This document shows, in pieces, positions 45,378 to 57,897 of a stretch of DNA of 64,000 bases; the first letter of the stretch is position 1, and every line of letters starts with the position of its first letter. The notes under the pieces were generated by a model, which was not told where the DNA came from, made no database searches, and saw nothing but the letters and a program-made list of their open reading frames with translations. The DNA comes from Patiria miniata (Eukaryota): assembly GCF_015706575.1 (NCBI RefSeq), contig NW_024037060.1:1073983-1137982 (forward strand), in the 5' to 3' direction. Both the position numbers and the translations under genes were made by a program.

Positions 45378-45488
45378 CCAAGGGTGTGTTAGACTGGACG
45401 GATGGTGACATAGCCCTGTTGGCCAACTGGGGTCCCATTACATTCGTAATCACCGGCTTTTTCTTTTCCTATCTACTTCTCATCAAAG
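45378..45488 (+). CDS. P4 exon 2/11 (gene possibly pseudogenic or N-truncated)
   Basis: 111 nt; AKGVLDWTDGDIALLANWGPITFVITGFFFSYLLLIK; AG/GT intact. Confidence 0.55.
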
Positions 45489-45940
45489 GTAAGAAATTGT
45501 CACACAATGATCTCATGGTTTTCATGTTGTGTTTTGTGAAATTTGTTGTTTTTATGAGAGCTACCTTGTGGGGTACTTGCACAAATGGAACAATGGTGCC
45601 GTATTTGTGTCTGCCGGTTGTTGTCTAACGGTGCCCAGAAGGGAAATTCTTAAGAAGAGGAATAAGACTGAGAAGAACAATGCAAGTACCAATAAGTCCC
45701 ATCCATAAGGTGAGGTGTTGGTGAAGGGGGGGGGGGGGGTAGTTTGGGGCAGTATAAGGTGTTGACATCCCTCCCTCCTAAAACAGACAAAATTTGAATG
45801 AACCAAAAAAAGTCTATTCGAAAATGATTATTAAAAAACATGCTGGTTTAAAAGACATTAAATGGTGTTAACATGTTTTAAACTCACGGAAATAGTGCAA
45901 AATTATTCATCAGCTATCTGTTTCTTTTCGTGTCCTGCAG

Positions 45941-46031
45941 GTCTCAGGTTTTGCGTATTATGCAGTTCCTTGATCTTCCTAATGGGAGTCGCTATACGGT
46001 GCATTCCTGTCGGTGTAGAAAACGTGAAGTG
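45941..46031 (+). CDS. P4 exon 3/11
   Basis: 91 nt; GLRFCVLCSSLIFLMGVAIRCIPVGVENVKW. Confidence 0.55.
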
Positions 46032-46325
46032 GTAAGAAAAATTACGAGGGCAAAAATAGATTATTTTTCTATTGTTTTTTTTTTTTATGAGGTGGAAATA
46101 GATTCTGTTTTGTCCGCGGGCTGCGAGAAACTAATCATTAGCTTACTTAGGTGGGACTTGAACCCACAACCGCCTGGACTAGTGTAGATGTCTCACCACT
46201 CTCCAGGATTGGCTGAGATGGTTATCTCAACATGACTAGTACTTATTAAAACCATGGAATATTCATTGTCACATTGTAAATTGTCGTCTTAGATGATTAA
46301 ATGCCTGTTTTGTGTTTTATCCAAG

Positions 46326-46526
46326 GACAATGAACGCTGGCCACGTTTTAATTGGCATAGCTGGTCCCGTTATGATGTCAGCACCAACTGAATTATCAGC
46401 GGTCTGGTTCCCGCCTCACCAACGGACTACCTCCACAGCCATTTCTTCTACCTCGGCATTTTTTGGCATGTCCATGTCGTTTCTGGTGGGGCCATTAGTG
46501 GTCACAAGTCTTCCGCAAAATGCAAG
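46326..46526 (+). CDS. P4 exon 4/11
   Basis: 201 nt; homolog of P1 exon 4. Confidence 0.55.
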
Positions 46527-46783
46527 GTAGTATTTTTTTAGTTGGTTAGTTTCAGGTTTGATCTTCTTTTTTAATGCAACTGATCTTTTGAAAGAGAACT
46601 AATTGAAATCAATTGTCTCTTTCGACAATGGAAAAGAAGGTTTACTTTTGGTAAATTGAAGAATTAAGAATTGTCAACCTATTCCTCTTAGTATCTCTAA
46701 ACTGTTGCCAAATAGTGTTTTTGTTGAATTAAAAAAAAGAAAAAAAAAGATATTGCATTGTAACAGTGAATATTTGGTTTCAG

Positions 46784-46857
46784 TTCAAATGCAGAATCCA
46801 TAGACCCAAAGGAGAAAGCACTGTACTTCAATGAGATAATGAAGTTAATGTATATAG
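46784..46857 (+). CDS. P4 exon 5/11
   Basis: 74 nt. Confidence 0.55.
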
Positions 46858-47392
46858 GTATGTACAAACTGTTGTCTTTCAAAAAAGTTACAGGGCTTAA
46901 TGTTTTGGTCGTAGTAAAACTTCAGTTAAGGCAAACAGAATGTTGCCTGTAACAAAGGTCTAACTGTATTCCAGTAAGTAAGCAGTCTGCAACAATTTAG
47001 TCTTTTAAATATTCGTTGTCAGATTTGATTTCAAAAAGGGAGGCTTCGGAATTTGTTTTTAATTTTATTGAAAGAAATCCATCAAAAACTTCTCTGAAAA
47101 GTCATTTGACTGTTGAACCCACTGCTGTTCCGGATTTAAACCAGCCGGGAAACCAAACCAACCAAGGTGGTCGAGTGATTAAACATGATTGTGCTTTTAA
47201 CCAAAATGTTGTTGGCTCAAGTCCCACCTGAGCAAGCTGGAGGCTTTTATTTTCTGACTAGTCGCCAGACAGTGTTTAGTGTATATAAATTGCTGCGAGT
47301 GCCTATTAAATTACATTGGGGAAGGGTGAAACCTAATATAAACAATAGATATTACACACATTTGTATTATTTGTTTTCATTTGATGTTTCAG

Positions 47393-47522
47393 AATGTGGA
47401 GCTGTGGCCGTCGTGGTCATCGCGGCTCTATTGTACTTCCCTGAGAAGCCACCAACCTCACCCAGCTTATCTGCCACCAAACCTCGGGAAAGCTTCAAAG
47501 ATGGAGCCCTGAAGATGATCAA
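47393..47522 (+). CDS. P4 exon 6/11
   Basis: 130 nt. Confidence 0.55.
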
Positions 47523-47692
47523 GTTAGTCTTTAGACAACTGTCCAAAAATTGAAAGAAGAAAACTTCATTTTCAATTTGTTAAGAAACATGCTTTAATTC
47601 AATCAAGTGTCAACACGTATTAATCATAATCCTTAACTCTGAAACAGCTAAAGATTAAAAAAGTCCCATTTTTGTTGAATATTTGATTAAAG

Positions 47693-47804
47693 GAGCACCC
47701 ATTTTTGGATTCCTGCGGCAGCCTACAGCATATCATCTGGAGTTTACGGTGGCTGGACCACGCAAATGGACACAATTTTCAAGACTACTCTGAATATAGG
47801 ACAG
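47693..47804 (+). CDS. P4 exon 7/11
   Basis: 112 nt. Confidence 0.5.
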
Positions 47805-47974
47805 GTAACAATCACAGTATTCAAAATTATTTATAATCACTGAAAGTTTTGTTTAGTACAAGTGCGGCACTGTCCAATATGCTATGCTATGTCTCTGTTG
47901 AGTTGTGCTTAGCTGTGTTGTGTGATTTAGCCATGTTAGCGGATGAATTTCTAATATTTGGGTGGTTTTTTCAG

Positions 47975-48042
47975 GACACTGTTGGTTGGATTGGATTCAT
48001 CTCCAATATTGCTGGGATGCTGGGAGGCTTGATAGTTGCAAG
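47975..48042 (+). CDS. P4 exon 8/11
   Basis: 68 nt. Confidence 0.55.
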
Positions 48043-48620
48043 GTGAGTGGTACAACATTGTCACAAAAATTTCACTTCAGTAGAAAAACATTGCTCCTCG
48101 TTTGAGCTTTGGTCCCAATGGAGGATCAAGGAGGGCGCTGGGGGGGGGGGGAAGGGGGGGGGGGCTTAGTCCCCTTAAACTCTCCAGTAAGGTGAAACAG
48201 TCTGGATCTTAAGCTCAGAATTTTTGTAGTTTACATGTATATGCCTGGGTTGGTCTACCTTTCCACTCCCCATTTTATAAAATGTACCAGTCCATTGACC
48301 TGTGTGGTTAGATTAGGTGGGTGATAAGGCATACAGGATCACCAGGTCAGTGCCACGCTCACGTAGCTGGTCACACAGGGTGAAAATTTTCCATATGGTG
48401 GGTGAAAAATCCTTGAAAAAAATCATGCATTCAGATGCTGATCTGGATCACTTCCAAATGAAATGATTCGTACTTGTACCAAGGACCACCCCTAAATGAG
48501 TGATGGCAGGAGTATGCCATCGAATAGTAAGACAATTCTTATTTGGCAATGCGTTTGACAAATTCCAGTCTTCACTCTTGTTAACTATTTTATCTCTCCT
48601 TGTTTTTGTGACTTCACCAG

Positions 48621-48739
48621 ACTTGTAGACATCCTTGGTGGTAGGATGAAGGCAGTATTGATTTCACTCACCCTGGCAGCCTTCGTTAGCTGTGTATGGT
48701 GTGTCCTACTCTCAATGAAGTATATCTCATACAGTTTAG
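48621..48739 (+). CDS. P4 exon 9/11
   Basis: 119 nt. Confidence 0.55.
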
Positions 48740-49065
48740 GTGAGTAACATGACACAATCTCGAAAAAAGTGTAATGCGCACATGTATTTTTTATGTGAGT
48801 CGTGTGGGCTTCAACTTCAAGTTGAGATTATCTGCAAGATTGTGAAATTGAAGCAGATACGGGCAAATTTCTAACAGGGGTACAGAGTACAATGTGAACA
48901 CCCCTAACAAAAAAAACCCGAAATATGACAGTCACCCAGGTTTTACAAATGTTTTAAGTTTGTACCAGACATACATGGCAACTTTTTACAATGTTTATTT
49001 TGGGGAATCGTTTATTGGACATTCACCTATATTTGATATGATGATTTGTGTCTCTTTGGTTGCAG

Positions 49066-49248
49066 TGAGCATCTACATTGCATGTATCTTCATTGGACTT
49101 TTCATCAACGCCTCCGTGCCCATATACTTTGAGATCACGGTCGAGGGCATGTATCCTGTCTCGGAAGGCAACATAACAATGGTACTGACATACCTGAACA
49201 ATGTGGCTGCTCTGATATTCCTGTTGCTGCCGATGATTCCAAATCTAA
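49066..49248 (+). CDS. P4 exon 10/11
   Basis: 183 nt; ...VPIYFEITVEGMYPVSEGNITMVLTYLNNVAALIFLLLPMIPNL (more diverged than P1-P3). Confidence 0.55.
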
Positions 49249-49413
49249 GTAAGTTCAAGATTCGGAAATAACTGAGGCTGCTACCACCGTCACAATGGGC
49301 TCAGTGCGCAAACAAGAGAGGTCAATATTTCTACCACTTTGGACGGAATACATCATGTGCCCGTACTGGTTCATGCACCTGCAGCATGAAGGAGGCATGA
49401 CTAGTTTTATTTT

Positions 49414-49731
49414 CAAGGGCTGATCCAGAACACAATTTTTTTTTTTGGGGGGGGGGGGGGAAACGGTGGTCCCCAAAAAGTGGGTCCAGGTAAATAACTG
49501 CGTGGGGTTCGGGGCCTGCTTAAGGGCCCCAAACATTTGTTGGATTCTAGTGGTGTGATATGTGGTGCGATCTGAGGCAATTTCTGACCACTTTAACCCA
49601 ATTTTTTTGAGGAAAAGAAGGTGGTGTGTGCAGTACCTGCCTTTATTGCGATGTTTGCCTTTTGCCGACGTTTTTAGTGCCTGCCTTTATGGCCCCTGTT
49701 GCCCCCCCCCCCCTTCCCGGATCTGCCCTTG
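49414..49731. mobile_element. MITE family A copy (P4 intron 10)
   Basis: CAAGGGCTGATCCAG...CCGGATCTGCCCTTG. Confidence 0.6.
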
Positions 49732-50007
49732 AATGTGCATATAGCCATGTCATCTTGCGCGAGCTTCAGGCGTCGGTAATGTGTTTGGAAGGCTTCCAGT
49801 GATCTCCCCAACTCTGCCCTTCTTACCGTTGAGGGGGTACTTGTGTACAGAGCCCCTCGACTGACCCATTAAGCCCCGCCCAATTTTGTTTCAACCAATC
49901 ACAGCCTTGAAGTCTAACGACAAGTCCAACAAGTCCTCGGCAAGTTGGTGTGATGAGTAGCTGTATGAAATTGGTTTGGTCATTGATATTTTCCGCTTTG
50001 TTCACAG

Positions 50008-50132
50008 GTGTGATTTGGATGAACTGGCTCCTTCTAGGTTCCGTCTTCGTGTGCTTGCCTCTCCTCATGATGTATAAGGAGCATTATAATCGTCTGGATG
50101 AAGATATGACGGAAAGTATCCAGAGAGGATAA
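50008..50132 (+). CDS. P4 exon 11/11 (TAA 50130-50132)
   Basis: 125 nt; tail ...MMYKEHYNRLDEDMTESIQRG*, the same as P3. Confidence 0.55.
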
Positions 50133-53100
50133 CAAATGATATTGTCCTCTTCTAGGGCTGTGCATGTTCAAATAATTTCATATTTGATTATTCTAACTTG
50201 GATTGATTGAATATTCAAATATTTGAAATGCACCGATCAAAATTAACAGCCACTTGAATTATCATGTTTTTAATTCATAATTTTCTCTCACTAAGTAAGT
50301 TATGAACTTGCCAATGAGACGTTGCACACAAATCTTCTGACAGTATTAAGGTTAAGTTTGAATTGGAGTGACTTGCTCCCAAGTTTTGACAGTTCTATAT
50401 CCCCCTGGACTGTGTAGAGTACTAAGTGTAATACAGCATTATTACATTTAAAAAGTACATTTTTCCCCCCACAATTAGTGGGTATGTGGAAGACTGACGT
50501 ACTAATTTTGAAACTCATATTTGCTTGTATTCCCACATACTTCTCAACCAAGAAGTATGAAGGCATTATTTTATATATTTTGATAATTATTCAATGAAGT
50601 GAGATTGATATTTGTTTTAATATCAACTAACTTGTAATTAATAGAATGTCTGTGAAGGGTTGGGTTTGTAAGAAAATAATATTTTATGTTATGAATATTA
50701 CATGAACACCTGTCCAAGTTTGTAGTATTGTTATCTCACAAGCTCTTGGAAAGCACTGAATATATAACAATTATATAACAATGATATTTAAAATTTCAAG
50801 ATATTTGCACATATCTACATCAAAGGTGTTATTGATCAAAGGTGTTATTGATATTTACATGTAACAACTATCACTCAGGACACCGGTAAAGTCAATACAA
50901 TTAATACACAATGTATATAGGTCCACATTTTTAATATTGCAATGAATGTTGACTTTTGTGGCTTCATATAGTATGCTACTGCATTTCCAATAATATAAGA
51001 AGGTGTTATAGGCAGTGATTACGTATCATAGGTGGTTCGTTCTAAAATTTTACACATTTATACAAACTTTTTATAATTTTTTTTCCAGCAATGTACATTG
51101 ATAAAGATGATACTCGTTTTTCATGTGTATAATGCTTGAAATTAGAAATGCTGGCATTTCTACCATGACTGTAAATTTAATTGGTATATTTTTTAAATTT
51201 AAAACAAATAGTCGACTTTTATCCAATTTCTCGTCACTCCAATCGTGATTGATGCCTTATGCCGTTGAATTTAATGTAAACTTTTCATTCTAGACGGTTT
51301 GACACAACTCATGTAAATACGGGTAAAATTTTGGTGGTTTTTGTTAGATGATTATTTGAGTTATGATTAATTGTATTTCCTTTTGTAGTACGTATATGTG
51401 GCAATTTTGGTGAAACTTCAAAACCGATTGTTGCACTAAAACATTTTTATAAAATATCAACTGGAAATCAAGTCTTTCACATACTGCCATGTTTTATTTA
51501 AATGTCAGTTATTTTGAGGATAGTCATAAATTAACATGAAATCATACGGTGGGCAGAAAAGTGATTGCACTTTATTATTATGTCAAAATTTGACATTAAC
51601 GTATCGGTTTTCTTTGAAACTGCCAGAGAAAAAGAAAGGAAATATTAAGATTCCATTCAAGTATGTGGACTAACAGCCATTTTTGAATCGTAGTGATAAA
51701 TTAATATTTATAACATTTTTAAACACCTTACAGTGCCTTAATACACATTTTTCTTAATTTGTGCTTGGAATTAAATCGATAAATCTCGAATAACAACTTC
51801 AACAGTAGCTGCATTTTCAACGCACTGTCTTAAGATTAAGAATCTTACGATTAACCACAACGGTACTAATTAAATACTAATTAAAGTTTGCATTGTTTGC
51901 AATCAACACATAGTTTGAACATAATAAATTCTTGGGAAAAATGTTGTATTCAATGTCTGCGTAAATATATTTTCACAAATCTTGAAAACATATTGACATC
52001 GATTAAAATTTAGGTTGCACAACACGGTTCTTGGAAGATTTAGTAATTGTAAACACATTAAAGTTACTCTCTTTAACAACTTCGATTTTGTTTTTTAAAA
52101 TAGAATTCATGTTTTAAATTAAAATAAAACTAACATTTTCTATTTTTCTTTTTCGACGACTGCAACCCTCCGATTTGTTTTTTTTTTCTTTTTGACTTTG
52201 GGTAGCTTTAGCTCTTAACGTACAAAAAAAATCCGGAAGAATTATTGTCAATCGCAAAAAAAAATCGAAATTTGTAAAGTAATTATTCCATAACACTACA
52301 CGTCAACTTGATATATTTTCGTTTGGTGTCTCATTCAAAAGTAAATAACTTTTGCATTTCCAGGAAAAGAGCAGTTTGAAATACAAATCTATTTTCTGGT
52401 CACAATGAACTCGAAAATGGCACGGGAAAGGTCATTTTGTCTTAAAATGAGACCATTATTTCAAAGGTATGACTAAATATAATACATGCATGTCAGTGCT
52501 TCAGCCTCCAAATTGTGTACATTAAGACAGTGCCAACCCATTTACAATGTGACATGACACTGCAAAAAGTTCCAGTGTGTTATATATAAGTTATAACTAT
52601 AACTTGGAAATCTGTATTATAAGTGCCAACAGTAAATTCAATGCTTAAAGGAAAGATTGAAGAGCGTCATATTCCCGACAAATAGGAAATTGAAATTGTC
52701 ACCGGCCCAAGTTTTATTTCAGTTATTGGTACCTTACCGCACCCATACAAAGGAAGACAAAAGTAGACGGAAAGGATTAAAGAAGATCGTCGAAGTTGAG
52801 TTATTTATTTTAGCCCTTCTTTTTTTTTCTTTTCTTTTTAAAGTACATGTAACATAAACTGCTGCCGAAAGGGCTTTATATAGTAAAAAGTTGTTTTGAA
52901 ATAGTGCCTTCATCATCAGGCGTCGTCTTCACCCAACTTTTCCGATTTTTTCACGGCTATTTTGCTAGTATGCTAATGTTTTGCACTCACTTTGGAAAAA
53001 TCCTGGCTTCAACTATGCTTATTATCAGTGGTGGAAGAATCGACATTTTTGTTATTTGTGATTATGTAGTAAAAACAGTAGCTGCAGCCTGAGTCAACAA

Positions 53101-53177
53101 TTTATGTGTTTAGAAGAAAAATGAAAAGTCGTTGGCACCTAAGTTATATTTATAGCTTTGCTCGTGCGGGCCGGTGT

Positions 53178-53290
53178 TTACTCGTCCTTCGTGTCGAGAT
53201 TGAGCCGCTTATATTGCTCCTTGTACATCAAGAGGAGCGGGACGCAAATGACCACTGACCCAAGGAGCATCCAATTCATCCACACCACTC
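53178..53290 (-). CDS. P5 exon 11/11 (TAA = plus 53180-53178)
   Basis: 113 nt; GVVWMNWMLLGSVVICVPLLLMYKEQYKRLNLDTKDE*. Total CDS 1521 nt, 506 aa, all phases consistent. Confidence 0.7.
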
Positions 53291-53937
53291 CTAGAAGAAG
53301 AAAACACAACCGAAATTAATCAGTCACAATCCAGAACTTGTAGAAACTGCTGACATGCCTCCAGTTTTTTTTTTCGCCAAGTTTTATAGTAATGTTTTAC
53401 GCATAACGACCCGTCATAGTCATTCGCACTGAACAAGCATGGCCGGGGAGTGGCTTTTGGGGGTTCATTACCAACATATTACGCTTTTATTACCAACAGT
53501 GTACAAAATGATGTACAAAATGTAGTTTGCTTATAGGGCTGTAAAAATAAGAACGGAAGTAACAATTTATTGCACTTTTTACAAAAACGAAAATCACCTT
53601 CCTCTGACTGGCTCCGTTTTTGGTGTTCCGTTGTCCCGGTTACTGTGCTATGCCCCACATTTTGTAATAAGTATTTGGGGGGGGGGGAGACGAATATAGA
53701 TCCTCGAATCCTCAAATTGGCTCATAGCTAATGAAGCAGTAAAGGCCATGACAATGAGGAAAATGATAAGGTGCCTTGTTGCACTTGCAATCTTTAGGAA
53801 GAAATGAACAGTATTACGTGGAATAGACGCTCCCAAGAAGGCTTCGTCGCCGTGCCTGAGAATATTGCCTCGTGTGAATTGGTGTTTGTTAAAAAACAAA
53901 AGTCGTCGATGATATTGACAGTGTTTTGTTATTTTAC

Positions 53938-54120
53938 CTATGCCGTGTATCTGCGGTAGGAGCAGGAAGACCAGCACGCACACGTTGTTGAGCCACGTCA
54001 TCAGCATGGTGATGGTTCCCTCGGAGACGGGATACATGCCCTCTACCGTCACCTCGAAGTAGATGGGAATGGAGGCATTGATGAAGAAACCGATGATGAT
54101 ACAGGAGATGTACAGACTCG
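53938..54120 (-). CDS. P5 exon 10/11
   Basis: 183 nt; PSLYISCIIIGFFINASIPIYFEVTVEGMYPVSEGTITMLMTWLNNVCVLVFLLLPQIHGI. Confidence 0.7.
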
Positions 54121-54562
54121 CTACATGATCAAGAGAGAAAGAAATTTGATCACAATATCCACCCGTTTCTCTCGTTTCTCTGATATTATTTTTTCAATTC
54201 CTATTTTGTTTTCTCTCGCACTACAAAAGTCATTCACTTTAGAATGAGATAGCGAACGACAAAATCTGCCCACGCACGTTTAATTACCGTACAAAACGTG
54301 AGTTATTTGCGGCCCGATAATAAATCAGGAGGATTTTTTTGTGCGTTATATGAGTCGCAAAAGCAACCCCAAAATAAGTGTTGCAGACTGCCCCAAAGGA
54401 AACAAACATTGTCGAAATATAACAAAAGAATTGAAAACTCGTCGGGGAAATATAATTGTTTTTTTTTTTTTGGCAGGGCACGGGGCAAGTTTAAGTTCTC
54501 CAAGGAGGCATCGTACCCTCCTCCCAATTCGCCCTGGAAGTATATCAACTTGAGCTACTTAC

Positions 54563-54681
54563 GTAAGTTGAACGAGATGTAGGACATGGACAGCAGGACA
54601 CACCAGACACAACTACCGACCGAGCCAATCATCATCAAAATAAGAATCAACTTCATGCGACCTCCGAGGTAATCAACTAAC
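54563..54681 (-). CDS. P5 exon 9/11
   Basis: 119 nt; RLVDYLGGRMKLILILMMIGSVGSCVWCVLLSMSYISFNL. Confidence 0.7.
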
Positions 54682-54920
54682 CTGCCAATGGAACAAAGAA
54701 GATTTCAAAAATAGACGCATGGGTGATTTTTATTGTGAATTTGTACCAGATTTTTATTATGTAGTATAATTTTTCCCACCAATGATATGAAATATAGTAG
54801 CAGCCATAGTTTAAATAATGCAGTTTGTCTCAATTTTTGGAAATAATGAAGATATCTTGGACACGTTAAACGAATGTGTAACATTCAAAGGGCTCTTAAT
54901 ACCAATCTAGCAGCTCATAC

Positions 54921-56204
54921 TATAGTCAGGTGGCATATGGTCGGAATCGTGACCGACTGGTCCAAAGCACCAAACTTGGCAGATAGATTCTTATAGCCCT
55001 AGAGAAGATATTTAGAAGGGGTGACACCTGAAATTCTTTTGGGAAGGGTGCCTAATTTGCATAAATCGTTAATCCCTGCCGTGTAATATATTTATTCCCA
55101 TATTTGGGTATATTTTTATTTTTTATTTTTTTTGAAAAGTGTATTTTGGTGATTCTACTTGCATATTCTTACTTCAATAACATTTTGTAAAACATATAAG
55201 TGACTGAATAATTAGGAGGACATAGTAAAGAACCACAATTGCTACTATTTTACCCTAAAGTTACGCGCATTTACCTTTTCCTCAGATATCATCAACTAGT
55301 CTCGCCAAACGTTGGTATTGATGAGCTTCAAATTAACAAAGTTACTTACTGGCATAGTTACCCTGACAAAAATAAATGGGAAATCAAGTGAAAATTGATA
55401 ACATCTTGATGCTTAGCCCAAAAGACCAAAAAAGGGGAGAAAATGTGGTGTCCGTAAATTGGGCTAGTACGAGAAGGGTATAACGTGGGAACTTAAACAA
55501 GTTCAACAAAATCCCCCTTAAGAAGAGATTATTGTTGTTTACAATAATTTTGTCTACGCCAAAACGTTTTCTTAACAATAATTAGGGGAATTTTCTTGAA
55601 CTTGTTCCAGTGTTCCATATGTTAGGCAACCATTCACCTACTTGTTAGCCTAATTTATGGACACCTCGTTTTTCCCCAGTTTTTGTTTTCTGGGCTTAAT
55701 ATCACAATGTTATCATAGTTCACATGATTTTGCATAAGGTTTTAATAGGGTAGCTGTACCAGTAAGCTACTTGGTGAATTTGAAGTTCATCAATGCTAAT
55801 GTTTGGCAAGACTAATTGATGATATCTGGAGACAAGGTAAATGCGCGCAATTTTAGGTCATAATAGTAGCCATTTTGGATCGTTACTATGTCCTCATAAT
55901 TATTCAGTCACTTATATGCTTTGGAAAATGTTATTTAAGTAAAGATATGTAAGTAGAATCCCCAAAATACACTTTTCAAAAAAAATAAAAAAATGGAAAT
56001 ATACCCAAATATGGGAATAAATATATTACACGTCAGGGATTAACGATTTATGCAAATTAGGCACCCTTCCCAAAAGAATTTCAGGTGTCACCCCTTCTAA
56101 ATATCTTCTCTAGGTCTATAAGAATATATCTGCCAAGTTTGGTGCTTTGGACCAGTCGGTCACGATCTTGACGAAAATTAGATCTAAGCCACCTGACTAC
56201 TAGG
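54921..56204. mobile_element. 1.28-kb near-perfect palindrome (two arms of about 640 bp at about 90% identity, centred on AAAACGTTTT near 55565) in P5 intron 8
   Basis: 54921-55560 is the reverse complement of 55570-56204 (for example tagtcaggtggc...gaccgactggtccaaagcaccaaacttggcagata versus tatctgccaagtttggtgctttggaccagtcggtc...gccacctgactacta). Confidence 0.75.
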
Positions 56205-56209
56205 CCTAC

Positions 56210-56277
56210 CTTGCGAAGGCCAATCCACCAGCAACCGCCGCCAGGTTTCCGATGAAGCCGATCCATCCAACCGTGTC
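56210..56277 (-). CDS. P5 exon 8/11
   Basis: 68 nt; DTVGWIGFIGNLAAVAGGLAFA. Confidence 0.7.
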
Positions 56278-56725
56278 CTGTCTCAAAAGTAGACTAAATT
56301 ATTATCCTAAATAATTATCTTTAATATCTAACAAATTTCCGTTCAGTTTTGATCCTTGCAGAACCTAGGATCGAAACGTAGGCCGTTTAATTTTGTTTGA
56401 TTTGTACACGTACATGTATCTCAGAGCAGTCAGGGCAAAATTCAATGGTGCAAAATTCAATGGCGCAAAAACTTCATCAAAAATCCTTCATAATTCCATC
56501 CAAAGTTCCAAACACGTCCCTAAATTACAACTTCGCCATCAGCATACAATTACTGGTGGAATTTTAATGAGACTGGCGTTGTACCAAAATGACTCGAATT
56601 TGAGAGTGTCTCATCCGAAAACGGACGGCTGTTCACGACTACGGCCATCAAATTAGCCACAAATTTTCCGATTCTGACAATGCCAGATATTTAAGAAAGT
56701 AAATTCTATCAAAATGCATACCGAC

Positions 56726-56837
56726 CTGCTTAACGCCAAGAGACTTGTCAAAGATGACGTCCAGTTGCGTGCTCCATCCCGCGTACACTCCCGTACTCAC
56801 ACTGTACGCCAGGGCGGGAATCCAAAACTGCACGTTC
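56726..56837 (-). CDS. P5 exon 7/11
   Basis: 112 nt; KNVQFWIPALAYSVSTGVYAGWSTQLDVIFDKSLGVKQ. Confidence 0.7.
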
Positions 56838-57317
56838 CTGCAGTTTTTATTGATAAGTGTATAGTTAGTTCACCATCATTTAGCACTTCTTTTTCTTCTA
56901 AAAATATAACCACTTCATTTTTTTTCGGCTTGCAATACAGTGTATAGTACTAGTATACAATCCATTGTAATGTCATCTTTGGATTAAAATGACCAAAAAA
57001 ATCACTTTAAAGATGGCTAATGAATGCAAAGAGTGTATACATAATCTGTCAGTCCATTTAGAAATGTGAGAAACAATCGATATTCAACAGACAAAGTAGG
57101 CCTATGCACGTGGTAAATTTCAAAATCGGATCCGTTAAGAACACGTCACGTAAAGAAGTTGCAATGTAAAATACGGACTCCATGAAAAACGGACCCATGA
57201 CCATACTGCGCATGTCTATTGCAGAACTTGGGTCGCGTGAGTGGGCTATTCCAAAATAATAAAGTAAAAAAGGACCGGCTGTTATAAAAGTCAATATTTT
57301 CTATAATGACAACATAC

Positions 57318-57447
57318 TTCAGAAGACTTATGGCACCAGACAGGAAGCTTTCCCGGTCTTCGCTGGCTGATATGCTTGGTGGAGTCGGTGGCTTGTCAGG
57401 GAAATACAACATGGCGGCGATCACAAGAACGGCAGCCATTCCACATT
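57318..57447 (-). CDS. P5 exon 6/11
   Basis: 130 nt; ECGMAAVLVIAAMLYFPDKPPTPPSISASEDRESFLSGAISLL. Confidence 0.7.
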
Positions 57448-57644
57448 CTGTCCATTCAAAGAGAGAAAACAAAATCTTATAACCTAGGATACACGCTATA
57501 AGTTCTTAAAGGGGAAAAACAGATCAAATATATAAATTTTAAAACGAGTGTATGATTTTCTTTTAAATGTAAAGTGTGTTTCTGGAAGCTATTTTCCTCT
57601 TTAGAAATTCCCGATTGCATGGACTAAATGGTACGGAGTCTTAC

Positions 57645-57712
57645 CTATGTACAGAAGGTTCATGATTTCGCCAAAGTGTTGTGTTCGACTCTCCGCTGTA
57701 ATGTTGTTAGCT
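57645..57712 (-). CDS. P5 exon 5/11
   Basis: 68 nt (2 codons shorter than P1); acceptor catag|AGCT chosen to keep phase; TANNITAESRTQHFGEIMNLLYI. Confidence 0.55.
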
Positions 57713-57897
57713 CTATGTTATTTGAAAGTCAAATAAAATATAATCATTAGAAATTTTATTGTGAAATTGCACGAAACAAAATGTTGTCGACTATAATTAT
57801 ATTTCCTATAACATCAGAATACTTCTGCATGGGCTTCAAGATCCTAAACTTAACTTTAAAAATGGCCTTAAATTTGGCATGTGAATTATACAAAACC

